In this document: positions 46,869 through 56,182 of the stretch, piece after piece
Position numbering within the stretch: the stretch's first letter is position 1
Layout: the number at the start of each line of letters is the position of its first letter
Assembly (NCBI GenBank): GCA_963663275.1
Contig: OY760183.1
Span: 3,072,001 to 3,136,000 of the forward strand
Direction of reading: 5' to 3'
Origin: Chloroflexota bacterium
Lineage (GTDB): Bacteria > Chloroflexota > UBA11872 > VXOZ01
Length of the DNA stretch: 64,000 nt
The notes under the pieces: model-generated
Told to the model about the DNA's origin: nothing
Seen by the model: only the letters and a program-made list of their open reading frames with translations
Databases searched by the model: none
Made by a program: the position numbers and the translations under genes

Positions 46869-47361
46869 ATTCCCGCGCACACGGGAATCCATCCGCTCCT
46901 CATGCCCGAGACACCCGCGATCGCGGGACTCCATCCGCGTAGGGGCGGTTCGCGAACCGCCCCTACCGGTAGCGCAGGTTTGTAACCTGCGTCTGCTCTC
47001 TCCGGTAGCGTAGGTTTGTAACCTGCGCACGCTGTCGTACTTCTTACACACCGGCGCACAATAACCCATCCCCGTACGGGCCGTTCGCGAACCGCCCCTA
47101 CCGGTAGCGTAGGTTTGCAACCTGCGTCTGCTGTCGTCATACCAACGCAAACGGGAATCCGGCGGCGGGGGACAAGCCCCAATACTGTCGCATTAACGTA
47201 GCGCGGGGGCTTGTCCCCCGCCGGAATAAGAGAAATGCTAACGAAATGGATTGACCCTACGGAAGACGCAGGTTACAAACCTGCGCTACCAGAGAAACGG
47301 GCGTAGTTTTCACTCTCATTGTGTTTAATGCGACAGCATTGGGGACAAGCCCCCGCGCTAC
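46869..47361. repeat. Dense mosaic of GTAG-type REP families (BIME-like)
   Basis: GTAGGGGCGGTTCGCGAACCGCCCCTAC, GTAGCGYAGGTTTGYAACCTGCG (four copies) and GTAGCGCGGGGGCTTGTCCCCCGC units. Confidence 0.85.
47180..47341. mobile_element. MITE with IS4-family-like ends
   Basis: TIR CAATACTGTCGCATTAA vs CAATGCTGTCGCATTAA (16/17); perfect 11-bp TSD GGGACAAGCCC (47169-47179, 47342-47352). Confidence 0.85.
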
Positions 47362-47399
47362 GTTTGCTCGGGGGTGAAACGCGGGGCCGCCGCCCTTTG

Positions 47400-47948
47400 T
47401 CACTCTTCGCTCACCTTATAGATGCTGAACATCGAATCCCCATGCTGGCGGCGGCGCAGCAAGCGCAGCCTGCCCCACTGCTCGGCGGGTAGGTTCTTCT
47501 TCCAATGTCCCACCACGACGATCGTCTCTTCCTGGACTGCGCGCGAATCGGCCAGCGCCGGCAGCCAGTCGTCATGCGCGACGGTATGGTAGGGCGGATC
47601 CGCCAACACCAGGTCGTACGGCTCCCGCAAGCGCGCCAGCGCACCCGGCACGCGCGCCTGGATCACCCGCGCCCGGCCGTGCAGAGACGCCGCGCGCAGG
47701 TTTTCGCGAATTACGCGGCAGGCGGCCGGCAGCGCGTCGACGAAATCGCACCGGTCGGCGCCCCGGCTCAACGACTCGATGCCCAGCGCCCCCGTGCCCG
47801 CGAATAGCTCCAGCACGCGGCCTTCTCCCCCGCGCTCTCCCAGCGAGTTGAAGATGGCCTGCTTTACTTTGTCGAGCGTCGGCCGCACCAAGTCGGTCTT
47901 CGGCGCGCGCAAGCGTCGTCCGGCCGCCGTTCCGCTGATGATTCTCAT
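47400..47948 (-). CDS. rsmD: 16S rRNA m2G966 methyltransferase
   Basis: MRIISG..GRRL, RPTLDKVK, LFAGTGALGIE, DPPY. Confidence 0.92.
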   Translation of the reverse strand: MRIISGTAAGRRLRAPKTDLVRPTLDKVKQAIFNSLGERGGEGRVLELFAGTGALGIESLSRGADRCDFVDALPAACRVIRENLRAASLHGRARVIQARVPGALARLREPYDLVLADPPYHTVAHDDWLPALADSRAVQEETIVVVGHWKKNLPAEQWGRLRLLRRRQHGDSMFSIYKVSEE

Positions 47949-48037
47949 GCTCGTTCTTCCACTTAAGTGCCCTGCCTGGGATGGGGTTTGCTTTTCGCGC
48001 CAAGCCCGTTCACACGCATTGCCTATGCGGTCATGCT

Positions 48038-48721
48038 CTAAATCGAGATATGCGGATAGTTCTTGTAGAGCAAGTCGATCTGCACGCACAAACGGTAGAA
48101 ATAGCGGTCCGCACGGGGTTGCAGAACAAAGTCATCCGCGCGAATTCGCTGCTCCGCCAGCCACGCTTCGTTGGGGTGACAGCGCTGGTTGCAGAGCGAC
48201 TTGGCCGTAATGAAAGCACGCCTTCCCGTAAAGAGCTCAAGCGCGTTTGGAACCGGAATCTCTACCAGGGCTGAAACCTCGGCCGGGTTCGGCGTGAACG
48301 CGGTGAGCGGCAGGCTGGTCCGATGCAGGAAGACATACTGCACCTCGTAGTCGCGCACGCCGGGCTCCACGTCGCTCGCCGCCTGGCGCACCCCCAGCGG
48401 CAAGAGGTCGCGCATGGCAAGGGTAAGGCCAATCTCCTCTTCCGATTCGCGCAGCGCCTCCTCCACGGACTCACCCGCCGCCAAGTGTCCGCCCACCGTC
48501 GCGTCCAGTTTGCCCGGCGACGTATCCTTGCTCTCCGATCGCCGCTGAAAGACCACGTAGGGCGTGCCGCCGGCGTCCTGCCCCACCACCCAGCAGTGGA
48601 TTGACCGGTGCCAATCGCCGTCCCGGTGCACGTCCGCGCGGCGCTTGCGCAGCCCCAGCGGACGCCCCAGCGAATCGCACACGTCGAAGAGTTCATCCGC
48701 GTCGGTATAGGAATCGCTCAT
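48038..48721 (-). CDS. NUDIX hydrolase (IDI-like)
   Basis: VHRDGDWHRS, GGHLAAGES..ALRESEEEIGL. Confidence 0.88.
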   Translation of the reverse strand: MSDSYTDADELFDVCDSLGRPLGLRKRRADVHRDGDWHRSIHCWVVGQDAGGTPYVVFQRRSESKDTSPGKLDATVGGHLAAGESVEEALRESEEEIGLTLAMRDLLPLGVRQAASDVEPGVRDYEVQYVFLHRTSLPLTAFTPNPAEVSALVEIPVPNALELFTGRRAFITAKSLCNQRCHPNEAWLAEQRIRADDFVLQPRADRYFYRLCVQIDLLYKNYPHISI

Positions 48722-51222
48722 GAAAGCTCGCTCTCCACCTGCCAGAAGTCCTGCACCCGCTCGGCAAGTCCCGCGTGTTGCGGCGCGCTCAGCAACGGGT
48801 CGGCGGCGAACAGCGCCTTGGCTTCCTTCCGCGCCAGTTCCAGCGTCGCCAGATCGGAAAGTTTGGCCACCTTGAGCGCCGGCAGCCCCGCCTGGCGCGT
48901 GCCGAAGAACTCGCCCGGCCCGCGCAGCATCAGGTCTTTTTCCGCCAGCGCGAACCCGTCGCGCTGCTCTTCCAGAATGCGCAGGCGTTCATTTTCCTCC
49001 GCATTGGCCGAATCCGACAGCAGCAGGCAGTACGACTTATGCTCGCCGCGTCCCACCCGGCCGCGGAATTGGTGCAACTGCGCCAGGCCGAAACGCTCGG
49101 CGCTCTCGATCATCATCACCGTGGCGTTGGGCACGTCTATGCCGACCTCCACCACCGGCGTGCTCACCAGTATGTCGGTCTCGCCGGCCGCGAAGGCGCG
49201 CATGACCTTCTCCTTCTGCCGGCTCGTCAGCCGCCCGTGGAGCAAGTCCACCGTGAGTTGCGGAAAGACCTCCTCTTGCAGGCGCTTGAATTCGCCCTTG
49301 GCGGCGCGCACCTCCAGGGTTTCGGACTCTTCGATGAGCGGAAAGATGATGAACGCCTGGCGTCCTTGCGCGATCTGTTCCGCCACGAATCCATACGCCG
49401 CGCCGCGTTTCTCCACCGGTACCCAGCGGGTACTGATGGGCAAGCGCCCGCCCGGCAGTTCGCGTATGGTCGAAACGTCCAGGTCGCCGTAGAGAGTCAG
49501 CGCCAGCGAGCGCGGTATCGGCGTAGCCGTCATCACCAGCACGTGGGGATTGCGGCCCTTGCGCCGCAGCACACCCCGCTGGCGCACGCCGAAACGGTGC
49601 TGCTCGTCCACCACCGCCAGGCCCAGGTCGCCAAAGTGCACGTCGTCTTGGATGACGGCGTGGGTGCCCACCAGCAGTTGCAGCGCGCCGGCTTCCAGGT
49701 CCGCCAGAATCTGGCGGCGCTCCTTCTTGCGCGTGCTGCCGGTCAGCAAGGCGCAGCGCGCGCCGAACGGCTCCAGGAAACTCTCGAAGGTGCGAATGTG
49801 CTGTTCCGCCAGCACCTCCGTCGGCGCCATCACCACCGTTTGCAAGCCGTGCTTTGCCATGTGCAGCGCCGCCGCCGCCGCGACCACCGTCTTGCCCGAG
49901 CCCACGTCGCCCTGCAACAGGCGGTTCATCGCCGCCGGTTTGCTCACGTCGTCCAGGATTTCGCTTAGCGCCTCTTGCTGGCCGGGCGTCAGCGCGAAGG
50001 GCAGCGACTCCAGGAAGTCGCGGGTTACGGCGGGGTCAACCGCAACCGGCACGCCGGGTTGATCGAGTTGCCACTCCCGGCGGCGCAGCAACGCCCCAAG
50101 CTGGATGAAGAAGAACTCGTCGAAGGCCAGCCGCTGCACCGCCCGCAGACGCTGCCGCTCGTTATCCGGAAAGTGCAACTGGCTCAGCGCCTCTTGCGCG
50201 CCCATGAGCGTGTTGCGCCGCAGGATCTCCGCCGGCACCACCTCGGCTACCCCGTGCAGCGCCAGGTCGAGGGCGGAACGCACCCAGCGGCGCATCCACT
50301 TGGCCGAAAGCTTGGCCGTCAGCGGATAGACCGGCGCCAGGCGGCCCACGTGCAGCCCTTTCTCCGGGCTTTCGGCAAACTCATACTCCGGCGAGCGCAT
50401 CTCCAGACCGGAACGGCTGATGGAGACGGTACCCGCCACCGTGACGCGCCGCTTGTTCGCCAGGGCGGGCTGCAAGAATGGTTGGTTGAACCAGACCGCC
50501 TTGATGTAGCCCGTCTTGTCCGCCAGGGCCGCCTCGGTGATTGTCATGCGGCCCTGGGTAACGCGCCGGTTTTCCACCTGCATCACGTTGGCTTCGATCG
50601 TCACCTCTTCCCCGGGCTTGAGGTCGGCAATCGTCTTGATGCGGCTGCGGTCGATGTGCCGGTGCGGAAAGTGGTGGATGAGGTCGTCCAGCGTCGTGAG
50701 GCCGAGCTTTTCCAGCCGCTTGGCGTCCTCCGCCTTCAACATGGGGATGACGGTGAGCGGGGAATCGAGACTGGCGCGCGGCGCTTTGGCGCGCCGCTGG
50801 CGCGCGCGCGGTTTCTCCGCCGCCGGTTTCGAGGGGGCCGCGCGCGGAGGCTTGTCCGGTGTTTGCCCGGGGGTCGAACGAGAAGGCTTTGCCGGTGTTT
50901 GCGCGGGAGTCGCGCCCGGCTGCCGGTTTCTTGACTCGCGCTGCGCGGTGGCGGCAGGCGCCGCGCCGCCGCCGAGGATCTGCAGCGCGTTCTTCACGCG
51001 CCCGGCCCGCGCCGCCGGGTCGAGTTCGTGATAGCCCTTCAGCGCGCGCCCAATCTCGCTGAGGCTGCCGGCCTGTGCCGCGCCGCCGCTCTCCGCTTCC
51101 CAACTGGAGAGAAACCGCTCCAGGCCGCCAATCACCGCGCCGTCGTCATATCCCCGCCGCGCCTCTTGCCGCAGAATGCGGCGCAGGGTCTCGCTGCGGT
51201 CGCGCGGTTCGGAGCGGAGCAT
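48718..51222 (-). CDS. recG: ATP-dependent DNA helicase RecG
   Basis: QGDVGSGKT, DEQHRFG, MTATPIPR, LHQFRGRVGRG, RGPGE. Confidence 0.96.
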   Translation of the reverse strand: MLRSEPRDRSETLRRILRQEARRGYDDGAVIGGLERFLSSWEAESGGAAQAGSLSEIGRALKGYHELDPAARAGRVKNALQILGGGAAPAATAQRESRNRQPGATPAQTPAKPSRSTPGQTPDKPPRAAPSKPAAEKPRARQRRAKAPRASLDSPLTVIPMLKAEDAKRLEKLGLTTLDDLIHHFPHRHIDRSRIKTIADLKPGEEVTIEANVMQVENRRVTQGRMTITEAALADKTGYIKAVWFNQPFLQPALANKRRVTVAGTVSISRSGLEMRSPEYEFAESPEKGLHVGRLAPVYPLTAKLSAKWMRRWVRSALDLALHGVAEVVPAEILRRNTLMGAQEALSQLHFPDNERQRLRAVQRLAFDEFFFIQLGALLRRREWQLDQPGVPVAVDPAVTRDFLESLPFALTPGQQEALSEILDDVSKPAAMNRLLQGDVGSGKTVVAAAAALHMAKHGLQTVVMAPTEVLAEQHIRTFESFLEPFGARCALLTGSTRKKERRQILADLEAGALQLLVGTHAVIQDDVHFGDLGLAVVDEQHRFGVRQRGVLRRKGRNPHVLVMTATPIPRSLALTLYGDLDVSTIRELPGGRLPISTRWVPVEKRGAAYGFVAEQIAQGRQAFIIFPLIEESETLEVRAAKGEFKRLQEEVFPQLTVDLLHGRLTSRQKEKVMRAFAAGETDILVSTPVVEVGIDVPNATVMMIESAERFGLAQLHQFRGRVGRGEHKSYCLLLSDSANAEENERLRILEEQRDGFALAEKDLMLRGPGEFFGTRQAGLPALKVAKLSDLATLELARKEAKALFAADPLLSAPQHAGLAERVQDFWQVESELS

Positions 51223-51228
51223 AGCGCC

Positions 51229-53025
51229 TCATTCAAGCGTCAGCAGGTAGGGATAGTGCGGCTGGCCGCCGGCGATAACCTCGACTTCCAGCGACGGGAA
51301 CTGCTCCCGCAGCCCGTCGGCAACGGTTTCCGCCCCCTCCTCGGTCACGTCGGCGCCGTAGTAGCAGGTGAGCAGTTCGGCGGTCTCCGGCTTCATCCCC
51401 TCGATAACCGCCAACAGCGCGGCCTCCAGACTGTCGTCAGCAGCGCATACCCGGTTGTTCGCCAGCGCCAGCCACTGCCCTTGCGCCACGGCCACGCCGT
51501 CCACGGTGGCGTCGCGGGTGGCGAGGGTCACCGCGCCGTACTGCGTGCTCTCGGCCGCGTCCCGCATGGCGGCCGCGTTCTCGTCGGGGTCGCCATCCGC
51601 TTGAAACGCGAAGAGCGCCGCGATGCCCTGCGCCATCGAATACGTCGGCAGCACGTGCACGGCAGTGTCCGTCAAGCCGCGCGCCTGTTCCGCGGAGAGG
51701 ATGACGTTCTTGTCGTTGGGCAGCACGAAGACGTGTCGGGCATTGACGGCCTCGACGGCCCTATGGATCTCCTGGGTGCTGGGGTTCATGGTCGGCCCGC
51801 CGCTCACCACGGTTGCGCCCAATCCCTCGTAGACCTCTCTCAGGCCCGCGCCGTCCGCCACGGCCACCACGCGCTGCTCGCTCAGTTCGCCCAATGCGCT
51901 CTGTCCACCCGGTGCGCCTCCTTCACCCAGCGCAACCCCTTCGCCCCGCGCGCTCCCCTCGCCCAACGCAACACCTCCGCCCTGTCCACCCCGTTCGCCC
52001 TGAGCCTGTCGAAGGGCCGCCGGCGCCTCCACACCCGGCAGGTCTCCGTCCGCCGCCGCCGACTGCATCCGCTCGTGCTGGTCGTCCATGTTGAAGATTT
52101 CGATGCGGTGGAGGTGGCCCGCGCCGCGCGCCAGCGCCAGCACGTCGCCCGGATTTTCCGTGTGCACGTGCACGCGCACCAGGTCCTCGTCGCCGACCAC
52201 CACCACCGAGTCGCCGCGCGCGGCCACGGCGTCGCGCATCGCCATTACGTCCAGTTCCGCGCCGCTGACCAGGAAGCCGGTGCAATAGCCGTAGAGGGTC
52301 TCCGTGACCGCGGCGATCTCCGGCAGCAAGGCCCGTTCGCTGGTGGGCAGCGCCACTTCCTCTACCGGCTCCCCGGCCGCGTAGCGCCGCGCCCCTTCCA
52401 GCAGCAGCCACAGCCCCTGCCCGCCGGCGTCCACCACACCGGCGTCTCGCAGCACGTCCAGCAACTGCGGCGTGCGCGCCACGGAGCGCTCCGCCGCCGC
52501 GACCGCCGTTGCCAACACCGCGTCAATCGGGGCGTCCGGCGCCAGCTCCTCGCAGGCTTCCGCCGTTTCGCGCGCCACCGTGAGCATCGTGCCTTCTTGC
52601 GGCTCCTGCAACGCCGCGTAAGAGGAATCCGAGGCCGCGCGCAGCGCCCGTGTCAAACCGGCCGCGGTGATCTCCGCCGCGCCCGCGAGCGCTTCCGCCA
52701 CCCCGCGCAGGCACTGCGAAAAGATGACGCCGGAATTGCCCCGCGCGCCCATCAACGCGCCGCGATATACCGCTTGCGCCACCTCGCCGGCGTGGTCGCT
52801 GTCGGCCTGCTTGCCGGCCTGCAAGGCGGCTTCCAGCGTGAGCAGCATGTTGGTGCCGGTATCGCCGTCCGGCACCGGAAAGACGTTCAGCCGGTTGATT
52901 TCCTCTTTATTGGCCGCCAGCAGATGGTAGCCGTACTCCAATGCCCCAATCAGGCTGGCGCCGTCGCCGCTCTCTATCGCCGCCTGCGCCTCATGTCCGG
53001 TTGTCGTATCAGCCACGTCGTACAC
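51229..53025 (-). CDS. fakA: DAK2-domain fatty acid kinase subunit (FakA/YloV)
   Basis: LNVFPVPDGDTGTNM, GARGNSG, YGYCT, VHVHT, TMNPS, GGQPHY; rpmB-yloV-recG context. Confidence 0.88.
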   Translation of the reverse strand: MYDVADTTTGHEAQAAIESGDGASLIGALEYGYHLLAANKEEINRLNVFPVPDGDTGTNMLLTLEAALQAGKQADSDHAGEVAQAVYRGALMGARGNSGVIFSQCLRGVAEALAGAAEITAAGLTRALRAASDSSYAALQEPQEGTMLTVARETAEACEELAPDAPIDAVLATAVAAAERSVARTPQLLDVLRDAGVVDAGGQGLWLLLEGARRYAAGEPVEEVALPTSERALLPEIAAVTETLYGYCTGFLVSGAELDVMAMRDAVAARGDSVVVVGDEDLVRVHVHTENPGDVLALARGAGHLHRIEIFNMDDQHERMQSAAADGDLPGVEAPAALRQAQGERGGQGGGVALGEGSARGEGVALGEGGAPGGQSALGELSEQRVVAVADGAGLREVYEGLGATVVSGGPTMNPSTQEIHRAVEAVNARHVFVLPNDKNVILSAEQARGLTDTAVHVLPTYSMAQGIAALFAFQADGDPDENAAAMRDAAESTQYGAVTLATRDATVDGVAVAQGQWLALANNRVCAADDSLEAALLAVIEGMKPETAELLTCYYGADVTEEGAETVADGLREQFPSLEVEVIAGGQPHYPYLLTLE

Positions 53026-53298
53026 ACCTTTGCTTGCATCGCCGGGCCGCTCGCCGCCTGCCCGTTGCCGGGGAAACTGAGGACTCTCTCAATCACTCGT
53101 CTTGAAATCGCCGCCGGCGCTCTTCGCCCACGCCACCGCGCGTTGGCGGGAGAGCCGCAGACGCCGCTACAGCGCCCGGCATTGAGCGCGCGGCCACTTC
53201 TATGCTACCATTGGGCTTGTACTACGCTCAACATTGCGACAGATTGAACGCGCGGTCGAGAAACTCCACCGGCAAAAGATTGAACTGAGGATAGGCTC

Positions 53299-53511
53299 AT
53301 GGCGGTTTGTGAAATATGCGGCAAAGGCGCGCAGGTAGGCCACAATATCCAGCACCAGGCCTCCGGGCAATGGCGCTACCGTGCCCCAAAGACGCGCAAA
53401 GTTTGGAAAGCGAACGTCCAGAAAGTGCGCCTGCTCATCGAGGGCCGGCTCAAGAAGGTCAACATCTGCACCCGCTGCCTCCGCACCCAAGCCAAAGCCC
53501 CCGCGGTCTAG
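53299..53511 (+). CDS. rpmB: 50S ribosomal protein L28 (Cys-containing form)
   Basis: CEICGK..GHNI...ANVQ...CTRCLR. Confidence 0.92.
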   Translation: MAVCEICGKGAQVGHNIQHQASGQWRYRAPKTRKVWKANVQKVRLLIEGRLKKVNICTRCLRTQAKAPAV

Positions 53512-53557
53512 CCTCGACTGCCTGGGCCTAATCCTCTGCTGCCTCTGGCTAAGAGGG

Positions 53558-53717
53558 CTGACAGTGGTATGAATCCTAAGATCGACTTCACGTGTCATTC
53601 CGAACGGAGCGCAGCGGAGTGAGGAATCTAAAGCGCAGCCCCGCAAATCAGCATCTCTAGATTCCGCGAACCCTGTTCGACGCTGCACTCGGAATGACAC
53701 TCACATTCCCCTGTCAG
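53558..53717 (-). mobile_element. MITE family CTGACAGGGG, copy 3 (inverted)
   Basis: CTGACAGTGG...CCCCTGTCAG; perfect 11-bp TSD GGCTAAGAGGG (53547-53557, 53718-53728). Confidence 0.87.
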
Positions 53718-53842
53718 GGCTAAGAGGGCGAGTGAGAAGCTTCCAGCCGAGCGCGGATTGTGGACTTGCTCCACGGCAGGTCCAAGCAAGGCACGCGCTC
53801 CGCGAAGTAAAGCTCAAGGAAGCAGAGTACAAGAGTCCACCG

Positions 53843-53901
53843 GAAAAGTCCGTATCCGTTCGTCCCGAGCTTGTCGAAGGACGAACGGATACGGACTTTT
53901 C
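53843..53901. repeat. Perfect 23-bp-arm hairpin built around a REP-like unit
   Basis: GAAAAGTCCGTATCCGTTCGTCC, 13 nt, GGACGAACGGATACGGACTTTTC. Confidence 0.85.
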
Positions 53902-53988
53902 GCACCCGATAGGGAAACCCCTGGAGAGGCTTGCAGCGGACCAGAGGTTTCCCTCTCCCTGGGGAGAGGGTTAGGGTGAGGGGAAATC

Positions 53989-54696
53989 CTACCGCAAGGT
54001 TACGTGCACCTCATTCCGCCGGAACCAGGGGATGGTGAATGGCGGGTCGTAGGTGGCGATCTTCCAGTCGCCGTAGTGTTCCAGGCCATTCGCGTTTAGC
54101 CATGCGGCCAGTTGCGCGCGGTGGCGTTCGGCGCTGTGGTTGGTGAATCTGCCGCTAAAGCGAATGCTGGCCACCCGGCGCTGCTCCACCTGGCGCAGCC
54201 TGACCCGGTGGTTAGTCGGCAGCGGCGCCGTGTCGTAGGTATAGCCCTCCGGCAAGACGAAGGCCATCGTCCAGGACTCGATTGCTTCCCCGGCCAGTTT
54301 CCCGGCGTAGCCGCGTTCGCCAACCGGGCGCGGTTCCACCAAGACCGGAACCGTCATCGCCATTTCTTCCGACGGAGCCGCGCCGGCGGGTTCAACCAGC
54401 ACCGGCGCGGTCATGTCAATGCTCTGGCGGCTTCGATTTTCCCCGGTAATGTACCCGTAGAGCGGCTGGAATGAACTGTTCGTTGCCCGGTCGAACGACC
54501 CGGCAAGCGTAATCTCGGCCATCACGTAGCCCGCGTAATCGCGAATCTCGATGTTGCCCTCTTTCACCGCGACGTCGTAGGCGGGCTCACCGTACTCGCT
54601 GCCAAAGAACGAGCCGAAGAGCAACGACCTGAAGAGATATGCCCCCGATCCCAGCAAAACCAGGATTGCCAAAACCACGACCGTTCTCCAAATCAT
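53989..54696 (-). CDS. SOUL heme-binding family protein
   Basis: EPAYDV, IEIRDY, FQPLYGYITGEN, IDMTAPV, MAFVLP, YDPPFTIPWFRRNEV. Confidence 0.9.
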   Translation of the reverse strand: MIWRTVVVLAILVLLGSGAYLFRSLLFGSFFGSEYGEPAYDVAVKEGNIEIRDYAGYVMAEITLAGSFDRATNSSFQPLYGYITGENRSRQSIDMTAPVLVEPAGAAPSEEMAMTVPVLVEPRPVGERGYAGKLAGEAIESWTMAFVLPEGYTYDTAPLPTNHRVRLRQVEQRRVASIRFSGRFTNHSAERHRAQLAAWLNANGLEHYGDWKIATYDPPFTIPWFRRNEVHVTLR

Positions 54697-55005
54697 GCGA
54701 ATCGCCGTCTTTCCCGTGCGCCAAGCCTCTGAATCCATTATTCCACAGTTTCTCAACCGCCGCGCGGGTGTGAGGCAGCGTCGCTCCGGCGGGGGACAAG
54801 CCCCCGCGCTACGAGACTTGCTGCTCGGCTGGCGAAATTCGTACGGGCAGGGACATTCGCCCCCAATGGCAGAGTTCGCGCTATTCTGCCAAACTGGTGG
54901 AACGAGTCCGGTTTTGCGCCGGTTCCTCTTCTTCCCAGGGAGAGGGAGCGCCAGCGCCCGCCGGGCCAGTTTTGCTACCGGACGGAAAGGAGCCTTGCGG
55001 CCACC

Positions 55006-55815
55006 ATGGCGAACACGGGGCAGTCTGCGCGCGCCGCCGTGCGGCTGGATCGACTGCTGGTAGAGCGGCGCTACTTTCCCAGCCGCGAGAAGGCCGTCTT
55101 CAGCATCCGCGCGGGCGGCGTGCGGGTCGATGGCCGCGCGCTCACCAAACCGGCCGCGACGGTGAATCCCCATGCGCGCATCGAGGTTGACACGCGGAGC
55201 GCGCTGCGTATCGGCCGGGGCGAGCGCAAACTGGCGGGCGTGCTGGAGCGCTTTGGCATCGATTGCGCCGGCAAGGTAGCCCTGGACGTGGGCAGCGGCG
55301 CCGGCGGCTTCACCTGGCGCCTGCTGCAACTGGGCGCGGCGCGGGTCTACGCGGTGGACGTGGGACGCGATCAACTCCATCCCGAACTCCGGGCCGACCC
55401 CCAGGTCACCGTGTTCGAGCAGACGGACGCGCGCCAACTCACGGCGTTGCCAATAGCGCCCCATCTGGCCGTGATCGACGTTTCTTTCATTTCACTGCGG
55501 GCAGTGCTGCCGCCGGTGCGCACCGTGCTGCGCGCGGACGCCGCCATGGTGGCGCTGCTCAAGCCGCAGTTCGAGACCGCTACGGTTGCCAGCGCCGCGG
55601 ACGCCGGCCTCACGCCGGCGCCCTCGCCGCGCCGGCCGGAGACGCAAGACCGCATCCGCGCGGCCTTTCGCGACTGGTGCGCCGCAAACGCTCTCACCGT
55701 GCGGGATGAGATGGCCAGCCCGCTACCGGGCAAGCACGGAACCCGCGAAGTCTTCTTCCACCTTACCAACGCAAACTCCGGTGCGCCTGCCTCCAGTGAC
55801 CTTTCTCGCAGTTGA
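55006..55815 (+). CDS. tlyA: TlyA-family rRNA 2'-O-methyltransferase
   Basis: S4 domain RLDRLLV; DVGSGAGGFT, DVSFISL, KPQFE. Confidence 0.88.
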   Translation: MANTGQSARAAVRLDRLLVERRYFPSREKAVFSIRAGGVRVDGRALTKPAATVNPHARIEVDTRSALRIGRGERKLAGVLERFGIDCAGKVALDVGSGAGGFTWRLLQLGAARVYAVDVGRDQLHPELRADPQVTVFEQTDARQLTALPIAPHLAVIDVSFISLRAVLPPVRTVLRADAAMVALLKPQFETATVASAADAGLTPAPSPRRPETQDRIRAAFRDWCAANALTVRDEMASPLPGKHGTREVFFHLTNANSGAPASSDLSRS

Positions 55816-55854
55816 AAGCCCTCTAAGACCGCAGCCATGTTCCCTTTCCAATTG

Positions 55855-56001
55855 CCGACAGGGGTAGGCAAACGTCATTTCGAGCGGAGCGAGAAATCTA
55901 GTATTGCTGGTTTTGCAGGGTGGCGCCTTAGATTCCTCTCTCCGCTGCGCTCCGTTAGGAATGACACGAGAAGTCGGATGTAGAGTGCCTACCCCTGTCA
56001 G
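55855..56001 (+). mobile_element. MITE family CTGACAGGGG, copy 4
   Basis: CCGACAGGGGTAGGCA / TGCCTACCCCTGTCAG; TSD CTTTCCAATTG / GTTTCCGATTG (9/11). Confidence 0.82.
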
Positions 56002-56182
56002 GTTTCCGATTGGAAAAGGGCTAGGGAGAAGGCGAATGTCCTCTATCCGGCCCGTTTTCGCCGGTACGCGCAGTCCGCGCAAGCCTACCCCTCACCCCGG
56101 CCCTCTCCCCAGGGAGAGGGGGCAGAATCGCGCTTCTTACGAGAAAGGAAGCCTTGCGGCGCCGCCTAGTCCGCCGCACTGC

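Noticed and set aside
50790-50930. Pro/Ala/Lys-rich repeats near the RecG N-terminus
   Set aside because: Low-complexity linker with no recognisable REP motif
54330-54420. Internal duplication MTAPVLVEP / MTVPVLVEP in the SOUL protein
   Set aside because: Repetition of this motif is common in bacterial SOUL proteins
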